The notes under the pieces are model-generated. The model did not search any database and had not been told where the DNA came from. It saw only the letters and a list, made by a program, of their open reading frames with translations. From a virus (Duplodnaviria > Caudoviricetes), in IMG/VR virus record IMGVR_UViG_3300032212_000006, positions 1 to 59,231 of that record: 59,231 nt of DNA; one strand, given 5' to 3'. A program made the position numbers and the translations under genes. This document shows, piece by piece, positions 1-8,023 of the stretch. The first letter of the stretch is position 1. Each line of letters begins with the position of its first letter.

Positions 1-276
1 AGCGCTTATGGGTGGTCAAATAGTTGTCGCTGGCTTGGTTAATTTCGAGACGATACAAAAAGCTATTAAGGATTTAAAAGACACCCGCCCATCCAGTACA
101 TCTAAAGGGGGTGATTTGTGAGTGAATTTGTAAGATGTGATTTTGAACAAAAAGGCATTCAGTGTGTTGGTGAAAAAGGCCATGACGGCAAACATAAACG
201 ACCTCATTCACATAAATGCCATTTTCCTACATGCAATAAAGAAGTGCCACCGAAACTATGGGGCTGTAAGGAGCAC
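1..276. repeat. Terminal overlap (left copy) of a circular or permuted phage assembly
   Basis: 1-126 equals 58759-58884; 93-276 equals 59049-59231 except for one A in a homopolymer. Confidence 0.95.
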
Positions 277-420
277 TGGTTTAAATTACCAAAAAGACTT
301 AGAAACAGAATATGGGCAACGTATAAAGCAGGACAAGAAATAACAAAGACACCAAGTAAAGAATATTTGAAAGTTGCTCTTGAAGTTCAGGACTGGTGTT
401 TAAATAATCCAGATGTTTAA
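118..420 (+). CDS. Cys/His-rich phage hypothetical protein (possible Zn binding)
   Basis: GTG start after GGGGG SD; HKCHFPTC...CKEHWFKLP pattern. Confidence 0.7.
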   Translation: MSEFVRCDFEQKGIQCVGEKGHDGKHKRPHSHKCHFPTCNKEVPPKLWGCKEHWFKLPKRLRNRIWATYKAGQEITKTPSKEYLKVALEVQDWCLNNPDV

Positions 421-435
421 CCAACACTAACTAAG

Positions 436-645
436 GTGTTTATTATGAGTGATGAATACAAACTTAGAAAATTACTAGCGATACAATGTGCAGGAGAGTT
501 TCTTTATCATGATGACGGTGAATTACAAGACAATAGGTATTATCCGTTTATAGATTTTCTTAGAGATAGCCCTGACGCAATAGAATTAAAAATGCGGTTA
601 CGTGTAATTCCCTCCACCCAAGGCGAAGGAGTAGAGAATGGATGA
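436..645 (+). CDS. hypothetical protein
   Basis: ORF in a tightly packed + strand run; real start may be ATG 445. Confidence 0.6.
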   Translation: MFIMSDEYKLRKLLAIQCAGEFLYHDDGELQDNRYYPFIDFLRDSPDAIELKMRLRVIPSTQGEGVENG

Positions 646-853
646 TGACATCGCATATATGTCTACAAAAGAAATAAAAGAATTGGACAGGCTTTTAACT
701 TACAAAGACTGCCTGAAAGACACGATAAGTTGCTGGGAGGCAACGAGAATTAATGGTGCTAGTGCAAGTTTGGCTTGTGATGGGAATATATCAATTTCTC
801 TATTAAAGGCATTCGATAGAATATCTGAATTAGAAAGAAAAAATAATGTTTAA
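638..853 (+). CDS. hypothetical protein
   Basis: GGAG SD; overlaps upstream stop. Confidence 0.6.
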   Translation: MDDDIAYMSTKEIKELDRLLTYKDCLKDTISCWEATRINGASASLACDGNISISLLKAFDRISELERKNNV

Positions 854-877
854 CTTCTACCTATAAACGAGGATGAT

Positions 878-1153
878 ATGAACGAATTAACGATTTTAAT
901 ACTTTTAACAGCAGGATTTCTACTAGGTCTTTTCTGTTTCCCGCTCTTAATTTTCATAAGGGCCAGAAGAGACGCGGCGTGGGATGACTCAAATCTCCTA
1001 AACATTTACCGAGTGATATCACACATTGGAGCGCATCCCTCTGATTTTTCCAAGATGAGGTATATTGGAAGTGGTAAGAACCCATTCAAATACATTAGTG
1101 GCGATGAGTTCAGTGATGTTGTGAAAACTAGGCCTGATAGTCATGAGCGATGA
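878..1153 (+). CDS. membrane-anchored hypothetical protein
   Basis: GAGGA SD; N-terminal hydrophobic helix followed by RARR. Confidence 0.65.
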   Translation: MNELTILILLTAGFLLGLFCFPLLIFIRARRDAAWDDSNLLNIYRVISHIGAHPSDFSKMRYIGSGKNPFKYISGDEFSDVVKTRPDSHER

Positions 1154-1370
1154 TTTAGATTGGGATAAATTTGACGAGCTATATAATAAGTCTGAACAAT
1201 TCATTAAAGACTTTAAGTCATTAGTACGTAAATATGTACCTAAGTACCCTACTAAACAATACGATCCTGGATTTGAGCTATTAAGTATGATGCAAGATAG
1301 AGTATCAGTATATAACCCATACGTGTGGTCTAATGATAATGAAGGCTCAGACAATGAAGAACATTATTAA
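1143..1370 (+). CDS. hypothetical protein
   Basis: Overlaps upstream gene end; in operon run. Confidence 0.6.
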   Translation: MSDDLDWDKFDELYNKSEQFIKDFKSLVRKYVPKYPTKQYDPGFELLSMMQDRVSVYNPYVWSNDNEGSDNEEHY

Positions 1371-1468
1371 TACTCTAAAAATCTATATACTTGGTACCAA
1401 AGATGTTTATTATGCCGACGCAATGAGTATAACAATTCGTCAATATAAAGATTTAAGGAAGGTGATGT

Positions 1469-2035
1469 ATGATTAAATGTATAATTTGTGCTGGAACAGG
1501 AAAAGTAGAAAATATAAATGGAGATAGTACTTGCCATAAATGCCAAGGTACTGGTTATCAAGATAATAGTGCCGTCGTGCCGAACTTAATCAGTGATTGT
1601 TGCAGTATGTTACATCGTGATGATGACGAAGTAATATGTCCAAAATGTCTTAAACCTTGTAACTGGGTACCTGAACCTAAGTGTAAAGTAATCAATCTAA
1701 GTAAGAATATGGAATCATCTGCGTGTCCTAATAAATTCTCATATAGTATGTCCAACCCTAATATTAAAACTACTGAACAAATAGTACATAAAGCTGTAAA
1801 TGACGAGTACCAACTAATTTTAGAATACGTGTTTAAGCATGGGTTATTGGACAGTGATGATTCAGGTATAAGCCACTCACAAGCGTTAATTGATACATTA
1901 AATACATTAGTTGAGCGTACTAATACATTCTTGAACGATATATGGCCTCAAGTAGATAAATTATGTATCCAAGACTATAATAATCTTAATGAATTAGCCA
2001 TGTTACTTACCAAATTGAGTAAAGCCAATAAGTAG
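1469..2035 (+). CDS. DnaJ-type zinc-finger (CxxCxGxG) protein
   Basis: CIICAGTG and CHKCQGTG plus SDCC...CPKC...C cluster; GGTG SD. Confidence 0.65.
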   Translation: MIKCIICAGTGKVENINGDSTCHKCQGTGYQDNSAVVPNLISDCCSMLHRDDDEVICPKCLKPCNWVPEPKCKVINLSKNMESSACPNKFSYSMSNPNIKTTEQIVHKAVNDEYQLILEYVFKHGLLDSDDSGISHSQALIDTLNTLVERTNTFLNDIWPQVDKLCIQDYNNLNELAMLLTKLSKANK

Positions 2036-2119
2036 TATCTCTATGTAAATTAACTAGTATGTTTACTTTAATTAATTTATATGGAGAATACTGGAGAGCA
2101 TAAATAACGGGGAAAATGA

Positions 2120-2353
2120 ATGGATGATATAAAAGCTATAAATACTCTTAAAAATAGACACCACTTTGGTACTTATATACCAAGAAGTATTGTGGAAGCC
2201 TTGAATTATAGAAATGGGCATGACATACGAATAATTACTGAGTTTCGTAAAGTATTGAATTACTTAAGATACATACTGAACTCTAAAGGCGAAGGAAAAC
2301 TTACAAGTAGTGAGTTACGATTTGTTGAAGATTTTAAGGAATACGAACTATGA
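2120..2353 (+). CDS. hypothetical protein
   Basis: GGGGA SD upstream. Confidence 0.6.
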   Translation: MDDIKAINTLKNRHHFGTYIPRSIVEALNYRNGHDIRIITEFRKVLNYLRYILNSKGEGKLTSSELRFVEDFKEYEL

Positions 2354-2541
2354 CTACGTACTATTTAATCTTGACAGCTATTGTAGGATCATCAGCTAAT
2401 GTAAGCACGTCTATGGGTGAATTAAACCTTTTAGAAGACTGTAAATCAGCAGGTGAGTTATGGGTAAAAACCATAAAAGAACAAAGACCTGAATTTAATG
2501 ATTCGTATTTCTTATGCGTACCATCCAGATATAGACTATAG
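2350..2541 (+). CDS. small exported or membrane hypothetical protein
   Basis: ATGA overlap; hydrophobic N-terminus; two Cys. Confidence 0.55.
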   Translation: MTTYYLILTAIVGSSANVSTSMGELNLLEDCKSAGELWVKTIKEQRPEFNDSYFLCVPSRYRL

Positions 2542-2548
2542 GTGAAAT

Positions 2549-2791
2549 ATGGCTAAGTTAAAAATATTTAGAGATAAAATAAATGAAGTACTAGATAGAT
2601 ATCCTGACGCAGATTTCATGGTAGGTGTACCTGGTATTGATGATGTCGCATTTTCTATCAATGAACATATTAATTTGAGCAATACTGATAACAGAATATT
2701 GCATTTGGTGGCACACCCTTCGCCTGAACAATTAATTGGTCATATGCAAAGCTTAAAAGACAATGGTAGAGATAGGACCAAAGATAATTAA
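2549..2791 (+). CDS. hypothetical protein
   Basis: AGGTG SD. Confidence 0.6.
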   Translation: MAKLKIFRDKINEVLDRYPDADFMVGVPGIDDVAFSINEHINLSNTDNRILHLVAHPSPEQLIGHMQSLKDNGRDRTKDN

Positions 2792-2815
2792 AGTCATGGT
2801 CATATGATATATATG

Positions 2816-2844
2816 TGTACAAGATGCTAATATTATAGTATTAT
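2816..2844 (+). promoter_or_regulatory. sigma70-like promoter TGTACA-N17-TATTAT
   Basis: Member of a genome-wide family with exact 17-nt spacing. Confidence 0.7.
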
Positions 2845-2865
2845 TATCCTGTAAATAAATATTAA

Positions 2866-2880
2866 TTGCTGTGAGGGCAA
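2866..2880 (+). promoter_or_regulatory. RBS-hairpin motif TTGCT-GTGAG-GGCAA
   Basis: Variant of the TCGTTGTGAGGGCGA motif with a compensated stem, 4 nt before ATG 2885. Confidence 0.6.
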
Positions 2881-2884
2881 AATC

Positions 2885-3391
2885 ATGAAAGCACTAGCTA
2901 AGTTTGCGTTATGTTCAAAGACTGTAACTATTCCTTATTCTGCCGTAGTAGAAATAACGTCTGATCAGTTTGATGACCCTGAATCTATTAGAGAAAAGCT
3001 ACAAAGCGTAGTAGTAGAACATGTGACAACTGGACGAAGTATACCAGTAGACTGGTTATATGTAGATGACGTATCTATACATACTTTGTTTGACAATGCT
3101 CCTAAAGATATAGTTTTAGGCGCAACTCCTTTTCCATTCATAATAAACTGCATAAATACTATAGACGTAGATTATGTAGTAGTCACATCAGTACGTAAAT
3201 TAGTAGGTACAATTGAAGTACCTAATGGATGTAAAGGTGGAGCTTTACGATCAGCTATATTAAATCAAGTTGAATCAGTGCTTCCTAAACGTGAATATAG
3301 AAACATTAAGCATGTATATTTCGGTGCTCAATTAAACGACATGATAGATACAGTAAATATGGTTACTAACAAACTGTCTATTCACAGATAA
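2885..3391 (+). CDS. hypothetical protein
   Basis: 168-aa ORF with promoter and GAGG SD. Confidence 0.7.
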   Translation: MKALAKFALCSKTVTIPYSAVVEITSDQFDDPESIREKLQSVVVEHVTTGRSIPVDWLYVDDVSIHTLFDNAPKDIVLGATPFPFIINCINTIDVDYVVVTSVRKLVGTIEVPNGCKGGALRSAILNQVESVLPKREYRNIKHVYFGAQLNDMIDTVNMVTNKLSIHR

Positions 3392-3441
3392 CCTATTGGC
3401 GATTGTATATACGCCAAGGATGGCTTAACTAAGGAAATAAA

Positions 3442-3642
3442 ATGAGTATTGAAGTTACAAATGACCATTTAGAGTTTTTAGACAAATTACAGCAAAGTGG
3501 AACAACAAACATGTTTGCTGCATCAGGTCGTATAGTAGAAAACTTTAATGTAGATAATTATCAAGCCGAACTTATTCTTAAATCGTGGATGAGAACATAT
3601 GCTGAAAGAAACAGAAATGGTGAAGTTAAAGACTACACTTAA
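3442..3642 (+). CDS. small conserved-type phage protein
   Basis: AAGGA SD; LDKLQQSGTTNMF motif recalls a widespread phage family. Confidence 0.65.
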   Translation: MSIEVTNDHLEFLDKLQQSGTTNMFAASGRIVENFNVDNYQAELILKSWMRTYAERNRNGEVKDYT

Positions 3643-3710
3643 ATACGTGTTTATTGTAATTGTAATTCTATTGAGTTGGACCGATATATGGGCGACGTAG
3701 TTAAATAAAT

Positions 3711-3739
3711 TGTACTAGGGCTCTTAACTGTAGTATAAT
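3711..3739 (+). promoter_or_regulatory. promoter TGTACT-N17-TATAAT driving a small RNA
   Basis: Perfect -10 box; predicted start about 3745-3746 coincides with the first base of the RNA stem. Confidence 0.75.
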
Positions 3740-3745
3740 AAAGTT

Positions 3746-3820
3746 TGATCTAGTCGAGGCGCGTCAACCGCCAATTGACGTTCCCTTCCTGAGCCCTCAC
3801 GCTAAGTCTCGGCTAGATCA
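3746..3820 (+). ncRNA. candidate 75-nt antisense small RNA
   Basis: 15-bp closing stem (3746-3760 with 3806-3820; 2 G-U pairs favour + strand), inner hairpin CGTCAA/TTGACG, C-rich unpaired segment, followed by TTTT; no ORF. Confidence 0.7.
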
Positions 3821-3876
3821 TTTTAATCGCTATATAAATCTATTAGCAGTTGTGTTATATAATAAGAGATAATATC

Positions 3877-4218
3877 ATGATAGAACAGTATATACCGATA
3901 ATTATTATAGTATTAAGCGCTTTAACAATTATTTTAGTGACTTACTTATTATATAACAGATACAAAACCTCTAATAAATATTCTCTATGGTATAACGCAT
4001 TACCTAACATACAGAGTGAATTGGAAATATTCAATAATAGAAATAATAACATTGTCGTAAAGGTAGTTCAGTGTTCCAGTGAATTATGCGGATATTTACA
4101 ATTTACTGTAGAAGATGAGATAGTATATAAAGCTCATTTTGTAGGTTCAGTGGAATTATCTATAACGTTAGATTTACTTAATAATCATAAGAGATATGAT
4201 AATTTAAAAAGGACATAA
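3877..4218 (+). CDS. membrane-anchored hypothetical protein
   Basis: N-terminal TM helix; ATG 3877 preferred over TTG 3850. Confidence 0.6.
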   Translation: MIEQYIPIIIIVLSALTIILVTYLLYNRYKTSNKYSLWYNALPNIQSELEIFNNRNNNIVVKVVQCSSELCGYLQFTVEDEIVYKAHFVGSVELSITLDLLNNHKRYDNLKRT

Positions 4219-4219
4219 T

Positions 4220-4417
4220 ATGACTGACGAAGCTAACTACATTAAATACTCAATAGATGATATTAATTTGATTCTAAATAATCAAAAACATTTGTCAATT
4301 CCTGAAATAGGTCAACTAAATAAACTACAAAATAGGTATAGCGAAGACCCAGAAAATTCAGTGTTAGCTGATCATGAAGAATTAATGATAACATTGCTAC
4401 TAAGAAAAATCAAGTAG
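4220..4417 (+). CDS. hypothetical protein
   Basis: AAGGA SD. Confidence 0.6.
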   Translation: MTDEANYIKYSIDDINLILNNQKHLSIPEIGQLNKLQNRYSEDPENSVLADHEELMITLLLRKIK

Positions 4418-4784
4418 CAATCATAATATTCTGAAATTTACCGTTAGATGTCCATTTTGATACGTAGTTTTGCTGAGATATTTGTACATCAAATATCATT
4501 ATTTCATTATCAGATAAATAAAATGAGTTTGGTATGTTTAAGTTTTTTATGACTTGTAGTTCATCAATGACCGCTTCTGAATCTAGCATGTGCGGCCATT
4601 CTGATAAATCATATACCCAAGAAAAGTACACTTTACCATTCTTTATGGTAGGTACTATATCTAAAGAATCTAATAAAGATATTACTCTTGAATGCAATCT
4701 ACATGAATGCCAATTACCTTCAGAATGTTTACCAGTATATCGTATCCAAACCAGAATTCTTGAATCTAAACTAGAAAATTTCAT
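4410..4784 (-). CDS. hypothetical protein, probably leaderless mRNA
   Basis: Fills a gap in the + strand run; own promoter (4819-4791) with -10 box 6 nt before ATG. Confidence 0.6.
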   Translation of the reverse strand: MKFSSLDSRILVWIRYTGKHSEGNWHSCRLHSRVISLLDSLDIVPTIKNGKVYFSWVYDLSEWPHMLDSEAVIDELQVIKNLNIPNSFYLSDNEIMIFDVQISQQNYVSKWTSNGKFQNIMIAT

Positions 4785-4833
4785 ACGATTATATTACTAT
4801 AATATATTAATCGTGTACATGCAGGAGATACTT

Positions 4834-5100
4834 ATGTATGAATATAAATCAATGGACCAACTGAGAGTTAGGTTATCGTCCATATATGATAGATTAGACG
4901 AATTATCATATCAAATGAGTAGAATATCGACTGAGCTTAATAATAGTGACCTAAATAAATATGACTCAGTAAAGAAGGCCAGTATAGTGGCAGAATATAA
5001 TGATATTAGTTCAGAAATAGAAAACTTAATAACAGAAGAATCTATATTAAGAGACCACTTAATGAATGCGATAAAAACTAATAGTTCAAGGGTTCATTAA
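4834..5100 (+). CDS. coiled-coil hypothetical protein
   Basis: AGGAG SD before ATG 4834; the longer 4534 start overlaps the - strand gene. Confidence 0.6.
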   Translation: MYEYKSMDQLRVRLSSIYDRLDELSYQMSRISTELNNSDLNKYDSVKKASIVAEYNDISSEIENLITEESILRDHLMNAIKTNSSRVH

Positions 5101-5165
5101 TATCGTTGTATACCAATGTAAAATTAGGTGATATAATATATTAATAATTTAAAACGGAGAATACT

Positions 5166-5447
5166 ATGAGCTGCAATTTTTGTAAAATTCAACATTGTAT
5201 GACTAAAGGATCAGTCACTACAGTACCTGGACGATGGGACATTAAAAAGGAAGCTCCTGGCTTTTATAACGTATATGTACACGATAAAGATACCATTATC
5301 GATACATGCTATAATGAAGCTTTAAATAAAGAGTTTTTAAAGCTTACTATTCCAAAAATCCCGACTAAATGTACGTGTCCTAAAGAGACTGAAACGAATA
5401 AAGTCTCTAATACAAGTAAAAAAGAAACTAAAAATGCCAAAAAATAA
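5166..5447 (+). CDS. hypothetical protein
   Basis: GGAG SD; promoter TATACC-N17-TATAAT at 5109-5137. Confidence 0.6.
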   Translation: MSCNFCKIQHCMTKGSVTTVPGRWDIKKEAPGFYNVYVHDKDTIIDTCYNEALNKEFLKLTIPKIPTKCTCPKETETNKVSNTSKKETKNAKK

Positions 5448-5616
5448 ACCTGTAGAAATCGTTGTAGCTAAAAAGGTAACAGGTTTACAATTTGGCACTT
5501 TAACAGTACCTAAAACTGATATAGGTTTATATGCATTACCTGGCGGCATACTAAAATCATATTCAGCATTGGTAAATGATCCATTAGTAATTAGACATAT
5601 CAACAAAGCGGCCTAA
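5434..5616 (+). CDS. hypothetical protein
   Basis: Overlaps upstream gene end. Confidence 0.5.
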   Translation: MPKNKPVEIVVAKKVTGLQFGTLTVPKTDIGLYALPGGILKSYSALVNDPLVIRHINKAA

Positions 5617-5686
5617 ATAAGGCAAAATCTAGTATGCTTTTACATGGACTATTGATCTATGTAAAGGTAAGTATTTGGGAGATGGA

Positions 5687-8023
5687 ATGTATTTAGCAAA
5701 AGATATTATAAGTGGGGCGCTAGATATGGCTCAATTGGGATACCATGTATTCCCTTTACTAGAGCGATGTAAAACTGATACTAATAAACGTGGCACACCT
5801 ATTGGTTGGAATCATAATAACCCTGATCATAAACATTCATTGCCTTCTACTACTGACTTAGATGAAATTATAGGTTGGGCTCATGACTATAAAGATATTA
5901 TAGGTTATGGAGTTAACCCACGTGGCCGACGTGCTATCGTATTAGATGTAGATGTAAAAGGTAATAAGGTAGGTGCTGCGTCATTAAAAGCATTAGTTAA
6001 AGATTTCAAATTAAGCCTAAATACATTTTGTGTAAAAACTAAATCAGGTGGATTACATTTATACTACTCGTATGATGGTGTACCTGAAGAATTCTATGTC
6101 AAAGGTACTGCTATAGACGGCTACAAAGATATAGATATACGTGCTGACAATAACTTTTTAAACGGACCATTCCCAAATGGTAATTATACGATTATTAAGA
6201 ATGAGTCATTATCTAGTTTACCTTCCAAATTAATTGAAGAATTGCCTTTACAACCTATAGCTAAAGGTTTACAGGTAGTAGTCAATAATAAAGACGCTGA
6301 AGCATTAGAATATAAAGATCCTTTACTTAAAGGTTTGATACCTGATGTTATACCTTTAGGCGAACGAGACAACACAATTATAAGATTAATTGGTAGTTGG
6401 GCAAGAAAGCATCCAATAGAAACAACTCTTCAATTAACTAAAGCGGCTATTATAGCTTGTGAAAAAGATCCTAAAGACAAAATATCTATAAACGACTATA
6501 TACCAAAGATTGAGTCGACTTATGAAAAATTAGCATTTAGGCCACTAACACCGGATATGTTGGCTTGGATGGAGGACCATTTAATTTTGATACCTGAGCG
6601 CCGAAGTGTTTATATGCGTAATCTCCCTGCACATAAGGCTCTTATAAGTAAAGACGCTGCTATTGACAGATATAAAAACTGGATATACTATTTAGAACCT
6701 CCTGAAGGTAGTAACTCTAAAAAGAAATCAAAGGTACAATGTTTTCCTGCTTGGATGGAGAGTCCTAGACGCCAAGATTGCAGATCATTTGGATATTATC
6801 CATCAGATGAACGAATAGTATATTGTGATGTACAAGATTGCGATGTAGTTAACACTTATTCTGCACCGTTTCAAGAATTTAAGTATAATGAAAAAACATA
6901 TGATGACCATATATCTAAATTTCTTGAATTTTGTGATTACTTATTCGAAGATCACGCACAATTTATGTTAGATTGGGTAGCTCACCAGGTACAAAAACCT
7001 AATGAGAAACTATCTTTTGCTCCAGTAATGTACTCAGAGGCTAGAGGCGTAGGTAAAAACTTATTTTTCGATATAGTTAAAAATCTAGTAGGTAAATGGA
7101 ATACTACAGAAGCTGAAGTTACTGAAGTGGTAGATAAGCATTGTGAGTTTGCATTACGCCATCATTTGGTACTTATAAATGAGGCATCTATTGACGCACG
7201 AGATAAGCGTGCACTAAATACAAGACGTAATATATTAGAGACACTAAAATCAAAAATTACGGAAAATATGCAAACAGTAGAACCTAAATACATAGGTAGG
7301 TTTAATGTTAGATCATATGTAAATTACATAGTGGCAACTAATAATTTAGACGCTATTCCTATGGAGCAACAAGATAGACGATTCTTTGTAATGGATTTAC
7401 GCGCTAAAAAGATGGATAAAGAGTTTTATGAGCTACTATGGGAAATGGCTAGAAGTCCGCTAGATGAACCTGAAGTATTACATAGATCATACGCCTTAAG
7501 GCAGTATATGATGAAGCGTGACGTATCAAAAGTAAATAGAGGTGATGTAGCCGTATTTACTGAAGCTAAACAAGAAATGATAGACGCAAATAAATCGTCA
7601 GAGCAGATAGATCTTGACGAAGCTATAATGAATCATTACTCTATATTTAGATCAGATGTAATTACCAAAGAACTGTTTGATTGGTATGTAAGTAATAAGA
7701 TGCCTCGTGGATCTAGATTGAGTTCTGGAGCAATACGAGATTTATTTAAGATATACTTCAAACCTATAAGAATAAACGAAACATCTGGTAGAGCTAAACA
7801 AGTTGCCGTACAATTGCCAGATAGAATGGTAGATGGCATGATAATGAATGCCGAAACAAAGAAATGTGGTATGTTTACTGTAAGACAACATTATGGGCTT
7901 GATAAGTCTGATGTAGCATTCGTACGTGGCGTGTATGGAAGAGCATTAGATGCAACTAAGCATGATTATAAAGAACCTGTCGAAGACATCGGTGATGTTA
8001 AAAATGAAAATAAATCCAAATGA
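5687..8023 (+). CDS. bifunctional primase-polymerase fused to SF3/D5-like helicase
   Basis: Prim-Pol motifs VFPL, VLDVDVK, TKSGGLHLYY, DIR; PriCT-like GERDNT; Walker A RGVGKN; Walker B LINE; TNN sensor. Confidence 0.9.
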   Translation: MYLAKDIISGALDMAQLGYHVFPLLERCKTDTNKRGTPIGWNHNNPDHKHSLPSTTDLDEIIGWAHDYKDIIGYGVNPRGRRAIVLDVDVKGNKVGAASLKALVKDFKLSLNTFCVKTKSGGLHLYYSYDGVPEEFYVKGTAIDGYKDIDIRADNNFLNGPFPNGNYTIIKNESLSSLPSKLIEELPLQPIAKGLQVVVNNKDAEALEYKDPLLKGLIPDVIPLGERDNTIIRLIGSWARKHPIETTLQLTKAAIIACEKDPKDKISINDYIPKIESTYEKLAFRPLTPDMLAWMEDHLILIPERRSVYMRNLPAHKALISKDAAIDRYKNWIYYLEPPEGSNSKKKSKVQCFPAWMESPRRQDCRSFGYYPSDERIVYCDVQDCDVVNTYSAPFQEFKYNEKTYDDHISKFLEFCDYLFEDHAQFMLDWVAHQVQKPNEKLSFAPVMYSEARGVGKNLFFDIVKNLVGKWNTTEAEVTEVVDKHCEFALRHHLVLINEASIDARDKRALNTRRNILETLKSKITENMQTVEPKYIGRFNVRSYVNYIVATNNLDAIPMEQQDRRFFVMDLRAKKMDKEFYELLWEMARSPLDEPEVLHRSYALRQYMMKRDVSKVNRGDVAVFTEAKQEMIDANKSSEQIDLDEAIMNHYSIFRSDVITKELFDWYVSNKMPRGSRLSSGAIRDLFKIYFKPIRINETSGRAKQVAVQLPDRMVDGMIMNAETKKCGMFTVRQHYGLDKSDVAFVRGVYGRALDATKHDYKEPVEDIGDVKNENKSK

